A stretch of DNA of 32,000 bases from assembly GCF_900114975.1 (NCBI RefSeq), contig NZ_FOUU01000004.1, positions 60,811 to 92,810 on the forward strand. The letters run 5' to 3'. This stretch comes from Thermodesulforhabdus norvegica. GTDB lineage: Bacteria; Desulfobacterota; Syntrophobacteria; Syntrophobacterales; Thermodesulforhabdaceae. Position numbers and translations under genes: made by a program. Positions 8,532 to 17,220 of the stretch are shown piece by piece (the first letter of the stretch is position 1; every line of letters begins with the position of its first letter). The notes under the pieces were generated by a model, which worked only from the letters and a program-made list of their open reading frames with translations, was not told where the DNA came from and searched no databases.

Positions 8532-9386
8532 ATGGCACTTATCGGCGCTCACATGTCTATTGTAGGAGGTTACCACCGGGCTATCGAAAGGCTCATCCGG
8601 GTCAACGGAGACGCCCTTCAGATATTTTGCAAAAATCAGCGCCGGTGGGACGGACCCCCCGTTACCCCTGAGGACGTTATCGCATTTAGGTCGGCCTGGC
8701 AAGATCAGGGTTTATTTCCCGTTGCAGTACATGCGGGATACCTGATAAATCTTGCGTCTCCCGATGCTAATCTGGCCGATCTATCTGTAAGGGCCTTTTC
8801 GGACGAGCTGGAACGAACGGCCTCTCTGGGAATTTCCGTGATAGTTCTTCATCCCGGGGCTCACAGGGGATCAGACCCGCGGGAAGCCCAGCGCCGAACG
8901 GCATACAACCTGGACAGAGCTATTTCTGCTGCGTCCCTCAGGCCTCTTTGGGTTCTTCTGGAAACCACGGCAGGTCAGGGTACTTCCATCGGTGCTACTT
9001 TTGAAGAACTTGCCGATATAATGGAGAAATCGGCATACTCCCATTGTCTGGGGATCTGTTTTGATACTGCCCACGTCTTCGCTGCAGGCTACGACATAAG
9101 TAACTCTTACGGGTATGAGAATACCCTGAAAAGGCTTGACGACCTTGTCGGGCTTGACAGAGTGCGGCTACTGCATTTGAACGATTCTCGCACGGATTGC
9201 GGCTCCAGGATCGATAGGCACGAACATATAGGAAAAGGACGCATAGGCCTTGAAGCTTTTCGAAGGATTGTGAACGATCCGACCTTTGCAAAGGTGCCCA
9301 TGATTATAGAAACTCCAAAAGGCGGTGGACTGGAAAGGGATCGAGAGAACATATCTCTTTTGAAAAGCCTTGTGAAGGGCTCCTGA
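8532..9386 (+). CDS. nfo: endonuclease IV (AP endonuclease, xylose-isomerase-like TIM barrel)
   Basis: MALIGAHMSIVGGYHRAIERL...IFCKNQRRW matches the Nfo N-terminus (MKYIGAHVS...TKNQRQW). HPG, ETTAGQG and HLNDS motifs are present. The start could instead be ATG 8514. The track start at 8313 is rejected. Confidence 0.85.
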   Translation: MALIGAHMSIVGGYHRAIERLIRVNGDALQIFCKNQRRWDGPPVTPEDVIAFRSAWQDQGLFPVAVHAGYLINLASPDANLADLSVRAFSDELERTASLGISVIVLHPGAHRGSDPREAQRRTAYNLDRAISAASLRPLWVLLETTAGQGTSIGATFEELADIMEKSAYSHCLGICFDTAHVFAAGYDISNSYGYENTLKRLDDLVGLDRVRLLHLNDSRTDCGSRIDRHEHIGKGRIGLEAFRRIVNDPTFAKVPMIIETPKGGGLERDRENISLLKSLVKGS

Positions 9387-9453
9387 AGGTCCGATTATCG
9401 GGTTGCGTATTTGACTAAGTCCCATTTTTTCGCTAAAGATTTGTATGTGGAAG

Positions 9454-9529
9454 GGGCGACTAGCTCAGTGGAGAGAGCGTTGGTCTCCGGAACCAAAGGT
9501 CCCGGGTTCGATCCCCGGGTCGCCCTCCA
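9454..9529 (+). tRNA. tRNA-Arg (anticodon CCG), CCA encoded
   Basis: Cloverleaf folded by hand: acceptor GGGCGAC/GTCGCCC, D stem GCTC/GAGC, anticodon stem TTGGT/ACCAA with loop CTCCGGA, and T arm CCGGG-TTCGATC-CCCGG. Confidence 0.85.
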
Positions 9530-9766
9530 GAACCTGCCGAAGTACCCTCGTGATTTCTTTACATATCTCCTCGTCTTTAAATTCATCGTATTTAAAGTGC
9601 CTTAACCGGGCAGAACACTTTCCTTTATCACAGGACTTATGGAAAATAGGTTAAAGGGAAACCCTATGCCCTGCATTTTGAATTGTTTTGATACTGAAAA
9701 AAATTTACAAATCAGTATATTCGAGGACTGCCGAGGGAAAAGGCCCTTAAAGTTCAGGGAGGGGTT

Positions 9767-12682
9767 ATGGATAATGTTTTTTCCGGCAACCGCTTCAGTC
9801 GGGTTAAGTGTCTTCTCGGGTTGGTGGGCCTGAGAAAGCTCCTTATTTTAGCGCTTTGTCTGTCGTCGTTCCTTTTATGCCTTTCTTATACTGCCCAAGG
9901 TGCAGGTCCCGATCAAATAAGAGTTGTTATGGACGATGCTTATCCTCCCTATGCCTTCCGGGATGAAAAGGGAAATCTGGTGGGGATTCTTCCCGAATGG
10001 TGGAGGCTCTGGGAAAAAGAAACGGGCATTTCCGTGAAACTTATGGGAACAAACTGGCACAGCGCTCAGGAAATGATCCTTCGCGGTGGAGCCGAAGTGA
10101 TTGATACCATCTTCAAAACGCCGGAAAGGGAGAAAATCTTCCTCTTTTCCAGACCCTACGCAAAGATTCCCGCTGCCGTATTTCACAGCAGAGAAGTTTC
10201 CGGGATCGTTGACATCGAAGCGCTGAAAAAAATCCCTGTTGGAGTAAAGGCCGGAGATGCCGATGCGGCTTACTTGCGGAGTCGGGGACTGACCGACCTC
10301 GTTTACTTTCCCGACTATGCTTCGATAATCAAAGCCGCCGTGAAAGGCGACATACAGGTTTTTTGCATGGACGAACCTCCGGCCCTTTATTACCTGTACC
10401 GGGAGAGGGCCGTACAGAGATTCCGTAAGGCGCTGGTGCTCTTCACAGGAGCATTCCACAGAGCGGTTCTTCGGAGCAATCCCGATGTTTTCCGGATTGT
10501 GGAAGATGGTTTTGAACGGATCCCTGAAGCTAAATTGAAGGCTGTGGAGCAGAAATGGCTTGGAGAACCTGTGGAGAAGTCCGAAGTCCTGAAATATTTA
10601 ATGTGGACTTGTTCAGGCCTGGTATTGCTGATTCTGGTTATCCTGGCCTGGAGTATTTCTCTCAACAGAGCCGTAGCCCGTAAAACAGAAGAATATTTGT
10701 TGCTGATGAAGGAACTCGAAGAAGAAAAAGAGACACTGAGTGTTACCCTTTACAGCATAGGAGAGGGTGTAATTACGACCGACGCCACAGGAAAAATTAC
10801 CCGAATGAATACAATGGCAGAGAAGCTAACGGGATGGACGGAAGAGGACGCTGTCGGCAGGAGTTTCGAAGAGGTTTTTCACGTACTCAACGAGGAAACC
10901 CGTACTCCGGTGTGCAATCCGGTGAAACGGGTGCTGGAGGAAGGTGCCATCGTTGGGCTGGGTAACCACACCCTGCTTATTTCCAGAGACGGAACGGAGC
11001 GCCCCATTGCCGACAGCGCTGCTCCGATACGCGATTCCCAGGGGAATGTGCTTGGGGTGGTGGTAATATTCAGGGATCAAACCGAGGAAAGAGCCTACAG
11101 GACGAGGCTTGAGCGGATGAACAGCGAACTCAATCTTGCTCTGGAAGCCGCAGGATGCTCCATCGTCAGGCTGCACGTGCCGACCGGAACCGTTTTAAGA
11201 GATTCCCGATGGTGTGAGATGTTAGGGTTTACCTCTGAGGAAATATCTCCTGATGTGAGCTTCTGGCTGGGTCTGATTCACGACGGGGATCGTGATAGGG
11301 TCAGGCGGGCTTTTGAAGATCACATCCTCGGAAAGACTCCTTTTTTTGAGCGGGAATATCGCATGAGGCACAAAAAGGGCAAGTGGGTCTGGGTTTATGA
11401 AAGGGGGAGTGTGGTGGACGAAGATCCGGATGGAAATCCACTCTGGTACACGGGCATAGTTATGGACATTACCGAGAGGAAGGAGACGGAAAAACGCCTC
11501 CTTGATCTCGAAGCACAGCTTCAGCAGGCGGCAAAGCTTGAGGCAATAGGCCGCCTTGCTGGAGGAATTGCCCACGATCTGAACAACACGCTACAGGTCA
11601 TAATAGGCTTTGGTGATCTTGGGCTTCGTGAGGCTTCTCCTGATACCCGGGTGAGAGAATACCTTCTAAAAATCAAACGGGCTGCTCAGGGATCCGCTCG
11701 CATCGTAAAGCAGGTTCTGACCTTTGCACGAAGGGACATCATAAGACCGGAAGTTATTCATCTCGGCGCTTATCTCGAAGAGACGGTGCCCATGTATCGC
11801 CGACTTGTCGGGGAAAATATTGATTTCAGGGTCAGTATCGAAGAAGATGTGTGGCCTCTGTGGATGGATCCCGTTCAGCTCGATCAGATGCTGATGAATC
11901 TCATAGTTAACGCAAAAGATGCCATTGAAGGGCATGGGATAATAACTCTTTCCGTGTCCAATGTAACGGTGGGTTCGGAAAGAGAAAAGAACGGTGTTAG
12001 AATCCGGCCCGGAGACTATGTGCTCATCTCCGTGAGCGACACGGGATGTGGGATTGATCCCGAAATTAAAGATCTTATTTTTGAACCTTTCTTTACCACA
12101 AAGGAAGCGGGTAAAGGCACGGGGCTCGGCTTGAGCACCGTGTACGGGATTGTTAAACGGAACGGCGGCTGGATTACCGTGGAAAGTACGCCGGGCAGGG
12201 GAACTAGATTCGATATTTTAATTCCCAGATATACCGGTGACCTGTCAAAGGAACATGTCGACGCGTCCCCGAAGAGCCCCATCGCTCAGCCAGGCAGAAA
12301 AAACCTGCTCCTCGTGGAAGATGACGAGATGATTCTTTCGTACGCCTGGAAAGTTCTTACGATGAACGGGTACCGGGTTGTGTCTTTTTCCAGCCCGAAA
12401 GATGTGCTTTCGTGGGTTTCTCGGGAGGTTGCCGAAGGCCGGGCCGATGTGGATCTGCTGATAACCGATGTTGTGTTGCCTCAGATGAGTGGGGTAGATC
12501 TGTGGAAACGGCTTAAGGACTACTTTCCGGGCCTGAGATGCATTTTCGTTTCCGGTTATCCCGCAGAGGAGCTCAGGCGCTTTGACCTGCCCGGAGAAGG
12601 CATTTCTTTTCTGGAAAAGCCTTTTTCTTCTCGAGATTTGCTTGACAGGGTGGCCCTGATGCTTGCCGGTGTCGAGGGCTAG
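9767..12682 (+). CDS. hybrid sensor histidine kinase (periplasmic SBP_bac_3-like domain, TM, 2 PAS, HisKA, HATPase, receiver)
   Basis: 971-aa ORF. It has a signal/TM segment and a solute-binding-like domain (DDAYPPYAFRDEKGNLVG), followed by a second TM and PAS regions. The H-box is GGIAHDLNNTL and the G-boxes are DTGCGI and GTGLGL. The receiver domain has LLLVEDD...LITDVVLP. Confidence 0.9.
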   Translation: MDNVFSGNRFSRVKCLLGLVGLRKLLILALCLSSFLLCLSYTAQGAGPDQIRVVMDDAYPPYAFRDEKGNLVGILPEWWRLWEKETGISVKLMGTNWHSAQEMILRGGAEVIDTIFKTPEREKIFLFSRPYAKIPAAVFHSREVSGIVDIEALKKIPVGVKAGDADAAYLRSRGLTDLVYFPDYASIIKAAVKGDIQVFCMDEPPALYYLYRERAVQRFRKALVLFTGAFHRAVLRSNPDVFRIVEDGFERIPEAKLKAVEQKWLGEPVEKSEVLKYLMWTCSGLVLLILVILAWSISLNRAVARKTEEYLLLMKELEEEKETLSVTLYSIGEGVITTDATGKITRMNTMAEKLTGWTEEDAVGRSFEEVFHVLNEETRTPVCNPVKRVLEEGAIVGLGNHTLLISRDGTERPIADSAAPIRDSQGNVLGVVVIFRDQTEERAYRTRLERMNSELNLALEAAGCSIVRLHVPTGTVLRDSRWCEMLGFTSEEISPDVSFWLGLIHDGDRDRVRRAFEDHILGKTPFFEREYRMRHKKGKWVWVYERGSVVDEDPDGNPLWYTGIVMDITERKETEKRLLDLEAQLQQAAKLEAIGRLAGGIAHDLNNTLQVIIGFGDLGLREASPDTRVREYLLKIKRAAQGSARIVKQVLTFARRDIIRPEVIHLGAYLEETVPMYRRLVGENIDFRVSIEEDVWPLWMDPVQLDQMLMNLIVNAKDAIEGHGIITLSVSNVTVGSEREKNGVRIRPGDYVLISVSDTGCGIDPEIKDLIFEPFFTTKEAGKGTGLGLSTVYGIVKRNGGWITVESTPGRGTRFDILIPRYTGDLSKEHVDASPKSPIAQPGRKNLLLVEDDEMILSYAWKVLTMNGYRVVSFSSPKDVLSWVSREVAEGRADVDLLITDVVLPQMSGVDLWKRLKDYFPGLRCIFVSGYPAEELRRFDLPGEGISFLEKPFSSRDLLDRVALMLAGVEG

Positions 12683-13578
12683 TTCTTTTTCCCGGCAGAC
12701 AGGGTGGGGCTGTTCTTTTGCAGCTCTTTAATGAGTGCTTCCGTTGAAGCTGGAATTGCCGAAATGAGTTCCCTTATCTGGGATGCAGGGGTCAAATTGG
12801 CGTGGAAACCGGCAAGCCTGTTGATCTTTGCGGCAAGCAGACAGGCTGTGGGGAGGTGGATTCCCGCAAAAATCAGGGCGCCCGCGATCCCCGTTAGCGT
12901 GTCTCCCGTTCCTCCAATAGCTTCCATCACTTCCACGCAGGGCGATTCGACCTTGTGGATTATCTCACCGTTGCTTACGATGTAATCCGGTTGTCCTTTG
13001 ACCATAAGAAATTTTGCGGCGTTTCCCTTTGAATATGCCCTGTATATGAGTTCAGGGACATCGAGATGGGACTGCAGAAGAAAGCCCCGGGTGTAGGAAG
13101 GATGCGGAGCATCTTCATCGGCCAGAAATGCCAGCTCGCCTGCGTCGGGGGTAAAGAGGTCGTAGATTGATGCCTGTCCGCTCATCTTTGCGGCATACAT
13201 GTATCCGGCGTCGGCTATAAGTACAGGTCTCGGAGCTATTTCTTCTATTGCAAAGGCTATTCTTGTATGCCAGTCCACATCGGGGAGCAGATAGTGGAAG
13301 ACCACGACCCCCGGCGAAAGAGAGGGAAGGGCAGAGGTGAGATGGCGGTAGAGTTTTCGACTTCCGCTGCCGGAACCGATATCGCCGGCGATCAGGGCAT
13401 AGGGCTTCGGTAGTCCAAGAACTTCCGACACCACACAGGCAGCAGCCATAAGAGCGGGTGTGCCACGGCATACCTCTACTTCCACGGCGTCAATCTTTAG
13501 GATTCCTGAAGAAAGGGAAACTCTCCCTTCCGTTATGCCCAGCGATTCATCGGGAACGGTTCCGACTATTGCGAGCAC
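12679..13578 (-). CDS. YjeF_C/NnrD-like carbohydrate-kinase-fold protein (ribokinase-like)
   Basis: C-terminal signature GGTGDTLTGIAGALIFAG and LIADAG...LFTPDAGELAFLA resemble NAD(P)HX dehydratase family motifs, but the N-terminal half is divergent. The start is chosen at GTG 13578 (GGGAGG 10 nt upstream, overlaps the upstream stop). The track start is 13623. Confidence 0.6.
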   Translation of the reverse strand: MLAIVGTVPDESLGITEGRVSLSSGILKIDAVEVEVCRGTPALMAAACVVSEVLGLPKPYALIAGDIGSGSGSRKLYRHLTSALPSLSPGVVVFHYLLPDVDWHTRIAFAIEEIAPRPVLIADAGYMYAAKMSGQASIYDLFTPDAGELAFLADEDAPHPSYTRGFLLQSHLDVPELIYRAYSKGNAAKFLMVKGQPDYIVSNGEIIHKVESPCVEVMEAIGGTGDTLTGIAGALIFAGIHLPTACLLAAKINRLAGFHANLTPASQIRELISAIPASTEALIKELQKNSPTLSAGKKN

Positions 13579-14120
13579 AGCCTTTTGGCCTCCCTGAATG
13601 CCAGCCCGAGGGTGTATCCACAAAGCGTGCGTCCGGCTACCATCGGATCCGGTGCTGTATCTACTGGTTTTCCGATGAGGATCTTTGCGAGATAGGGTAC
13701 ATCGGGACAGCCGCCACCCGAGACGTTTACTATGATTCCTGAGTCCTTATCCACCGTGATTTTCATGTTGGCCGCCCGAACCATAAGGTAGTTTCCGAAG
13801 TGCCTTATCTGAAATAGCTCTGTGGGTTTAAGCTCCGCTCCGCCGGTTGTGATAACATCAACGGGGTGGATCTTTGCGACCCTGAGAATCTCAAGTATTT
13901 CGGGCTGTTCCACGGCGGGAATTTCAAGAGCCAGATCGCATCCTTTTCTGAATTGGGCAGGCGGGCCTACGGCTCGCACCGGTTTTGCGCTGGATTTAAG
14001 CAGACTTTCGGCACGAATTACATCCCCGGTATGGGCAAAAATCAGAAGGACCTTCGCTGTGTCCGGCTTTTTGGGACGCCTTTTTCCGGTAAGGCCGAAT
14101 CGGCGTAAAAGAGCTTTCAA
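13566..14120 (-). CDS. DUF3343-like (putative S/Se carrier) domain fused to an unassigned Cys-containing C-terminal domain
   Basis: VLLIFAHTGDVIRAESLLK...GCDLALEI resembles the DUF3343 family. The C-terminal part has GGGCPDVPY and GRTLCGY. The start is chosen at TTG 14120, 2 nt after the TusA-like stop with GGAGG upstream. The track start is 14192. Confidence 0.55.
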   Translation of the reverse strand: MKALLRRFGLTGKRRPKKPDTAKVLLIFAHTGDVIRAESLLKSSAKPVRAVGPPAQFRKGCDLALEIPAVEQPEILEILRVAKIHPVDVITTGGAELKPTELFQIRHFGNYLMVRAANMKITVDKDSGIIVNVSGGGCPDVPYLAKILIGKPVDTAPDPMVAGRTLCGYTLGLAFREAKRLCSQ

Positions 14121-14122
14121 TT

Positions 14123-14347
14123 TCAGGAAGCCTCCCTGACAAGGAGTATTCTGTAGTCCCTGCCGGATTTCATTATGTTCTTTACCTGCCACTTCTCGGT
14201 TCTGGCGGCCCTTGTGACATTTTCACGGGCGGTATCGGTGTCAACGAGAATTTCCAGCTCTCCTCCGGATGCCTTCTTCATTGCCTTAAGAGCCAGTATT
14301 ACCGGTTGAGGGCAACTCAATCCTCTTGCATCTACAACCTCGGACAT
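14123..14347 (-). CDS. TusA/SirA-like sulfur-carrier protein (CPxP motif)
   Basis: MSEVVDARGLSCPQPVILALKAMKK carries the TusA-family CPxP active-site motif. The ATG at 14347 has GAGGAGG 7 nt upstream and lies 2 nt after the YedE-like stop. The track start is 14386. Confidence 0.8.
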   Translation of the reverse strand: MSEVVDARGLSCPQPVILALKAMKKASGGELEILVDTDTARENVTRAARTEKWQVKNIMKSGRDYRILLVREAS

Positions 14348-14349
14348 CT

Positions 14350-15444
14350 TTAAACCTCCTCTTCCCTGGAAGTAAAACCAACCCACAAACAGAACAAAAA
14401 TCCCAGGATCAAAGCTACCACGCTGTGCGGGCCTATTCCCTTCGGCGACGCTGCGAGACCGAAATTATGAGAAAAGGCAGCTCCTACTATCATACCCAGC
14501 ACGAAAACCGCTGCATCTCCGTCGCCTTCCCCGGCAAGGATTAACTGTCTTCCGGGACAGCCACCTGCAAGGGCGAAGGCAAGACCCGCAAGGCTCATAC
14601 CCAGGAAATTCCAGAGGTGCTGATTGTGGGCGATGGGTTGCTGTGCAAAACCGGGATGAAATTGTCCGTAAATCAGGTTCGTCAGAAAAGCCGCAACAAA
14701 AAGGCCCGTAATCCCGAGAAAAAGATGGAAGTGCCTGAAAAGAAAAAGGTCCCTTAAGGCACCCATCGTGCAGAATCTGCTCCTCTGGGCCACAAAACCG
14801 ACGATTAGTCCTGCCGTCACCGAAACCACGAGGGGCGCATGCTGAGACCCCGGACCCTTAAGACTGTAGCGCAAAATGCCGCTCTGTACCTGGTCCTGTA
14901 GAGGCGGGAAAAGGACTCTAAACAGGATCAACAGCAACATGAACGCCGGGAAAATCCAGCCCGCCGTCGGTACCGCCGCTTTGCTTCTGCCCAGCGAATA
15001 ACCCTTTCGGAAGAAGAGGGTGCCGATCCATACGCCGAAGGCCAGCCCGGCAAGGCCCAGAATAGCATTGCCGTCACCGGCAGAAAGCCTGAGCAGTGCC
15101 CGCCAGGGGCATCCGAGAAATACCAGAGCCCCTATCATTGCGAAAACTCCGAGGAAGAACCTGACAACGGGGGTCGAGCCGCACCGGGGACGAAATTCGC
15201 CGGTAAGGAGTGCCGCAACGAGAGAGCCGAGAACGAACCCGGGAATTTCAGGCCGCAGGTATTGAACGACGGCGGCTCCGTGAAGCCCGAGGGCACCGGC
15301 TATGTCTCGTTCAAAACAGGCAACGCAGACACCCATGTTGGGCGGATTGCCCAGTTTCTGGAGGGTTGTGGCCACGACCCCGATAAAAGCTCCCGAGAGA
15401 AGTATGCCCGCCGTCGTCGAAAACAGATGTTTCCACCTGCTCAC
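14350..15444 (-). CDS. YedE/YeeE family sulfur/selenium-compound transporter
   Basis: 364-aa polytopic membrane ORF with conserved Cys motifs GVCVACFERD, FLGCPWR, SRFCTMGA and GGCPGRQ. GTG start with AAGGAGG RBS. Confidence 0.85.
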   Translation of the reverse strand: MSRWKHLFSTTAGILLSGAFIGVVATTLQKLGNPPNMGVCVACFERDIAGALGLHGAAVVQYLRPEIPGFVLGSLVAALLTGEFRPRCGSTPVVRFFLGVFAMIGALVFLGCPWRALLRLSAGDGNAILGLAGLAFGVWIGTLFFRKGYSLGRSKAAVPTAGWIFPAFMLLLILFRVLFPPLQDQVQSGILRYSLKGPGSQHAPLVVSVTAGLIVGFVAQRSRFCTMGALRDLFLFRHFHLFLGITGLFVAAFLTNLIYGQFHPGFAQQPIAHNQHLWNFLGMSLAGLAFALAGGCPGRQLILAGEGDGDAAVFVLGMIVGAAFSHNFGLAASPKGIGPHSVVALILGFLFCLWVGFTSREEEV

Positions 15445-15717
15445 GATAAGGCCTCCTTACCCTTTTCCGGTTTTCTCGCGATGCCTGAGGGAGGTTTGAC
15501 GGCTCTTTTTTAAGAATCGCCGTGAATGGGAGCAAATAGGAAAAAATAATCAAACCAGACACCGGTATCGGCCGATTGCCCCTTGAAGACCTGGGTTTTT
15601 AGATTTTTTCGTGATAAACAATTCATCTTGTTATGAATAAGGAGTTTTGTTATGAGGTGCTGGCTGTGATGGGAAGTTGTGATAACGGTTGAATCTTTTG
15701 AAAAAGGAGGCCTGACC

Positions 15718-16461
15718 ATGAGGAGATTGTTTGGAATACTTTTTCTTGTGATGGTCGTGGGGGTTACGGGGGCTTTTGCGGAGGAAAGGGTTGTCGTAAA
15801 CGGTATTGATCCCAACTTTCCTCCTTTTACCTTCGTGAACGAAAGAGGTGAAGCAAGCGGCTTTGACATTGAGGCGGTCAACTGGATTGCAGAGCAGATG
15901 GGATTTAAGGTCAAGCATCAGCCCATGGACTGGGACAGCATAATTCCCAGTCTAAAAGCCGGAAAGATCGACATGATTGCCTCGGGCCTCAGCGTTACGG
16001 AAGAGCGGGCAAAGGAGGTCGCCTTCACAATTCCCTACTGGGAAATCACGCAGGTACTTGTCGTAAGGAAGGACAGTAACCTGACTGTGGAAGAAGCCTT
16101 TAGTGAGGGAAAGAAAATAGGAGTCCAGCGGGGGACCAGCGAGGCCAAGTGGATTGAAGAAAATCTCATAAAGAAACAGGGTAAGAAGTTCGAACTCGTT
16201 TATTACGACTCCGCACCTCTCGCAATCGAAGACCTCGTGGTTGGCCGTATTGATGCGGCGGCAATGGACGATGCACCGGCCAAAGATGCCGTTTCCAAAA
16301 AACCGGTTAAGATACTGGGCACCTTTGGTATGCCCAGCGAAAAGTTCGCCTATGCGGTGAGAAAGGAAGATACGGAACTTCTTCAGATATTGAACGAAGG
16401 GCTGAAGAAACTTATGAATTCGCCGAAATGGCAGGAATTGATCGAAAAATACAATCCATAG
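15718..16461 (+). CDS. polar amino-acid ABC transporter substrate-binding protein
   Basis: Signal peptide MRRLFGILFLVMVVGVTGAFA. SBP_bac_3-type sequence (GFDIEAVNWIAEQMGFKV...WDSIIPSLKAGKIDMIASGLSVTEER). AGGAGG lies 7 nt upstream of ATG 15718. Confidence 0.85.
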   Translation: MRRLFGILFLVMVVGVTGAFAEERVVVNGIDPNFPPFTFVNERGEASGFDIEAVNWIAEQMGFKVKHQPMDWDSIIPSLKAGKIDMIASGLSVTEERAKEVAFTIPYWEITQVLVVRKDSNLTVEEAFSEGKKIGVQRGTSEAKWIEENLIKKQGKKFELVYYDSAPLAIEDLVVGRIDAAAMDDAPAKDAVSKKPVKILGTFGMPSEKFAYAVRKEDTELLQILNEGLKKLMNSPKWQELIEKYNP

Positions 16462-16531
16462 GAGTGCTGGCGGCCGGATGATTTGCCCAATCGTCCGGCT
16501 TCTTTGATTGAGGTGATGCGGGGGCACATCG

Positions 16532-17212
16532 GTGGCAGATAAAATTCATGTGGTAACGCAGGCTTTGCCTTATGTTCTGGAGGGATCTATTGTAACGATA
16601 GGTGTCGTCTGGGGGGCTCTGTTTCTCGGGATGTTTCTCGGTGTGCCCATTGCCGTGATACAGGTTTACGGAAAACCTTCCTGGAAAAAAGCGGTGGGTC
16701 TTTACGTGTGGTTTTTCCGGGGGATTCCGTTACTGGTTCTACTCTTCCTGTTTTACTTCGGCTTCCTCCCCCTTCTGGGCATTGATCTTCCGCCTTTTGC
16801 GGTAGGTGTGATCGTGCTTGGCCTTATAAGTTCGGCGTACCAATCTCAGATCTTCCGGGGCGCCATTCTGTCCATTCCCGAAGGCCAGTTCAAAGCCGCC
16901 CGGGCGCTTGGGATGAGAGACTCTGCGGCAATCTTCTACATCGTTCTTCCCCAGGCCCTCAGGCTTTCCATCCCCGGGTGGTCAAATGAATATTCGATTA
17001 TCCTCAAGGACTCGGCAGTGACTTATGCCCTGGGGGTTCCGGAAATAATGGCCCGTACACACTTCGTTGCAACCCGAACCTATGAGCATCTGTTGCTTTA
17101 TGCCATGGCCGGTCTGGTATATCTGGTGCTGACCTATGCAGGAACGAAGGGTTTGAGGATGCTGGAAGAAAAAGTCCGGATACCGGGATACGGAAGAAGC
17201 TGGGGTGGTTAG
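16532..17212 (+). CDS. amino-acid ABC transporter permease
   Basis: 226-aa membrane ORF with an EAA-like loop (QFKAARALGMRDSAAIFYIVLPQALRLSIP). Confidence 0.85.
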   Translation: MADKIHVVTQALPYVLEGSIVTIGVVWGALFLGMFLGVPIAVIQVYGKPSWKKAVGLYVWFFRGIPLLVLLFLFYFGFLPLLGIDLPPFAVGVIVLGLISSAYQSQIFRGAILSIPEGQFKAARALGMRDSAAIFYIVLPQALRLSIPGWSNEYSIILKDSAVTYALGVPEIMARTHFVATRTYEHLLLYAMAGLVYLVLTYAGTKGLRMLEEKVRIPGYGRSWGG

Positions 17213-17220
17213 AGGGAGAA

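Noticed and set aside
9875-10459. 194-aa minus-strand ORF.
   Set aside because: It is antisense to the sensor-kinase periplasmic domain and has no motif.
13579-14386. Upstream-extended starts given by the track for the YjeF_C-like (13623), DUF3343-like (14192) and TusA-like (14386) genes.
   Set aside because: Each would overlap the preceding gene by 37-70 nt. Internal GTG/TTG/ATG starts have strong GGAGG sites and give 2-nt gaps or short overlaps. This is a judgement call, not proof.
15632-15691. 19-codon ORF (MNKEFCYEVLAVMGSCDNG) as a possible leader peptide.
   Set aside because: It has no convincing RBS and there is no attenuator structure downstream.
15952-16527. 191-aa minus-strand ORF.
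   Set aside because: It is antisense to the ABC substrate-binding gene and has no motif.
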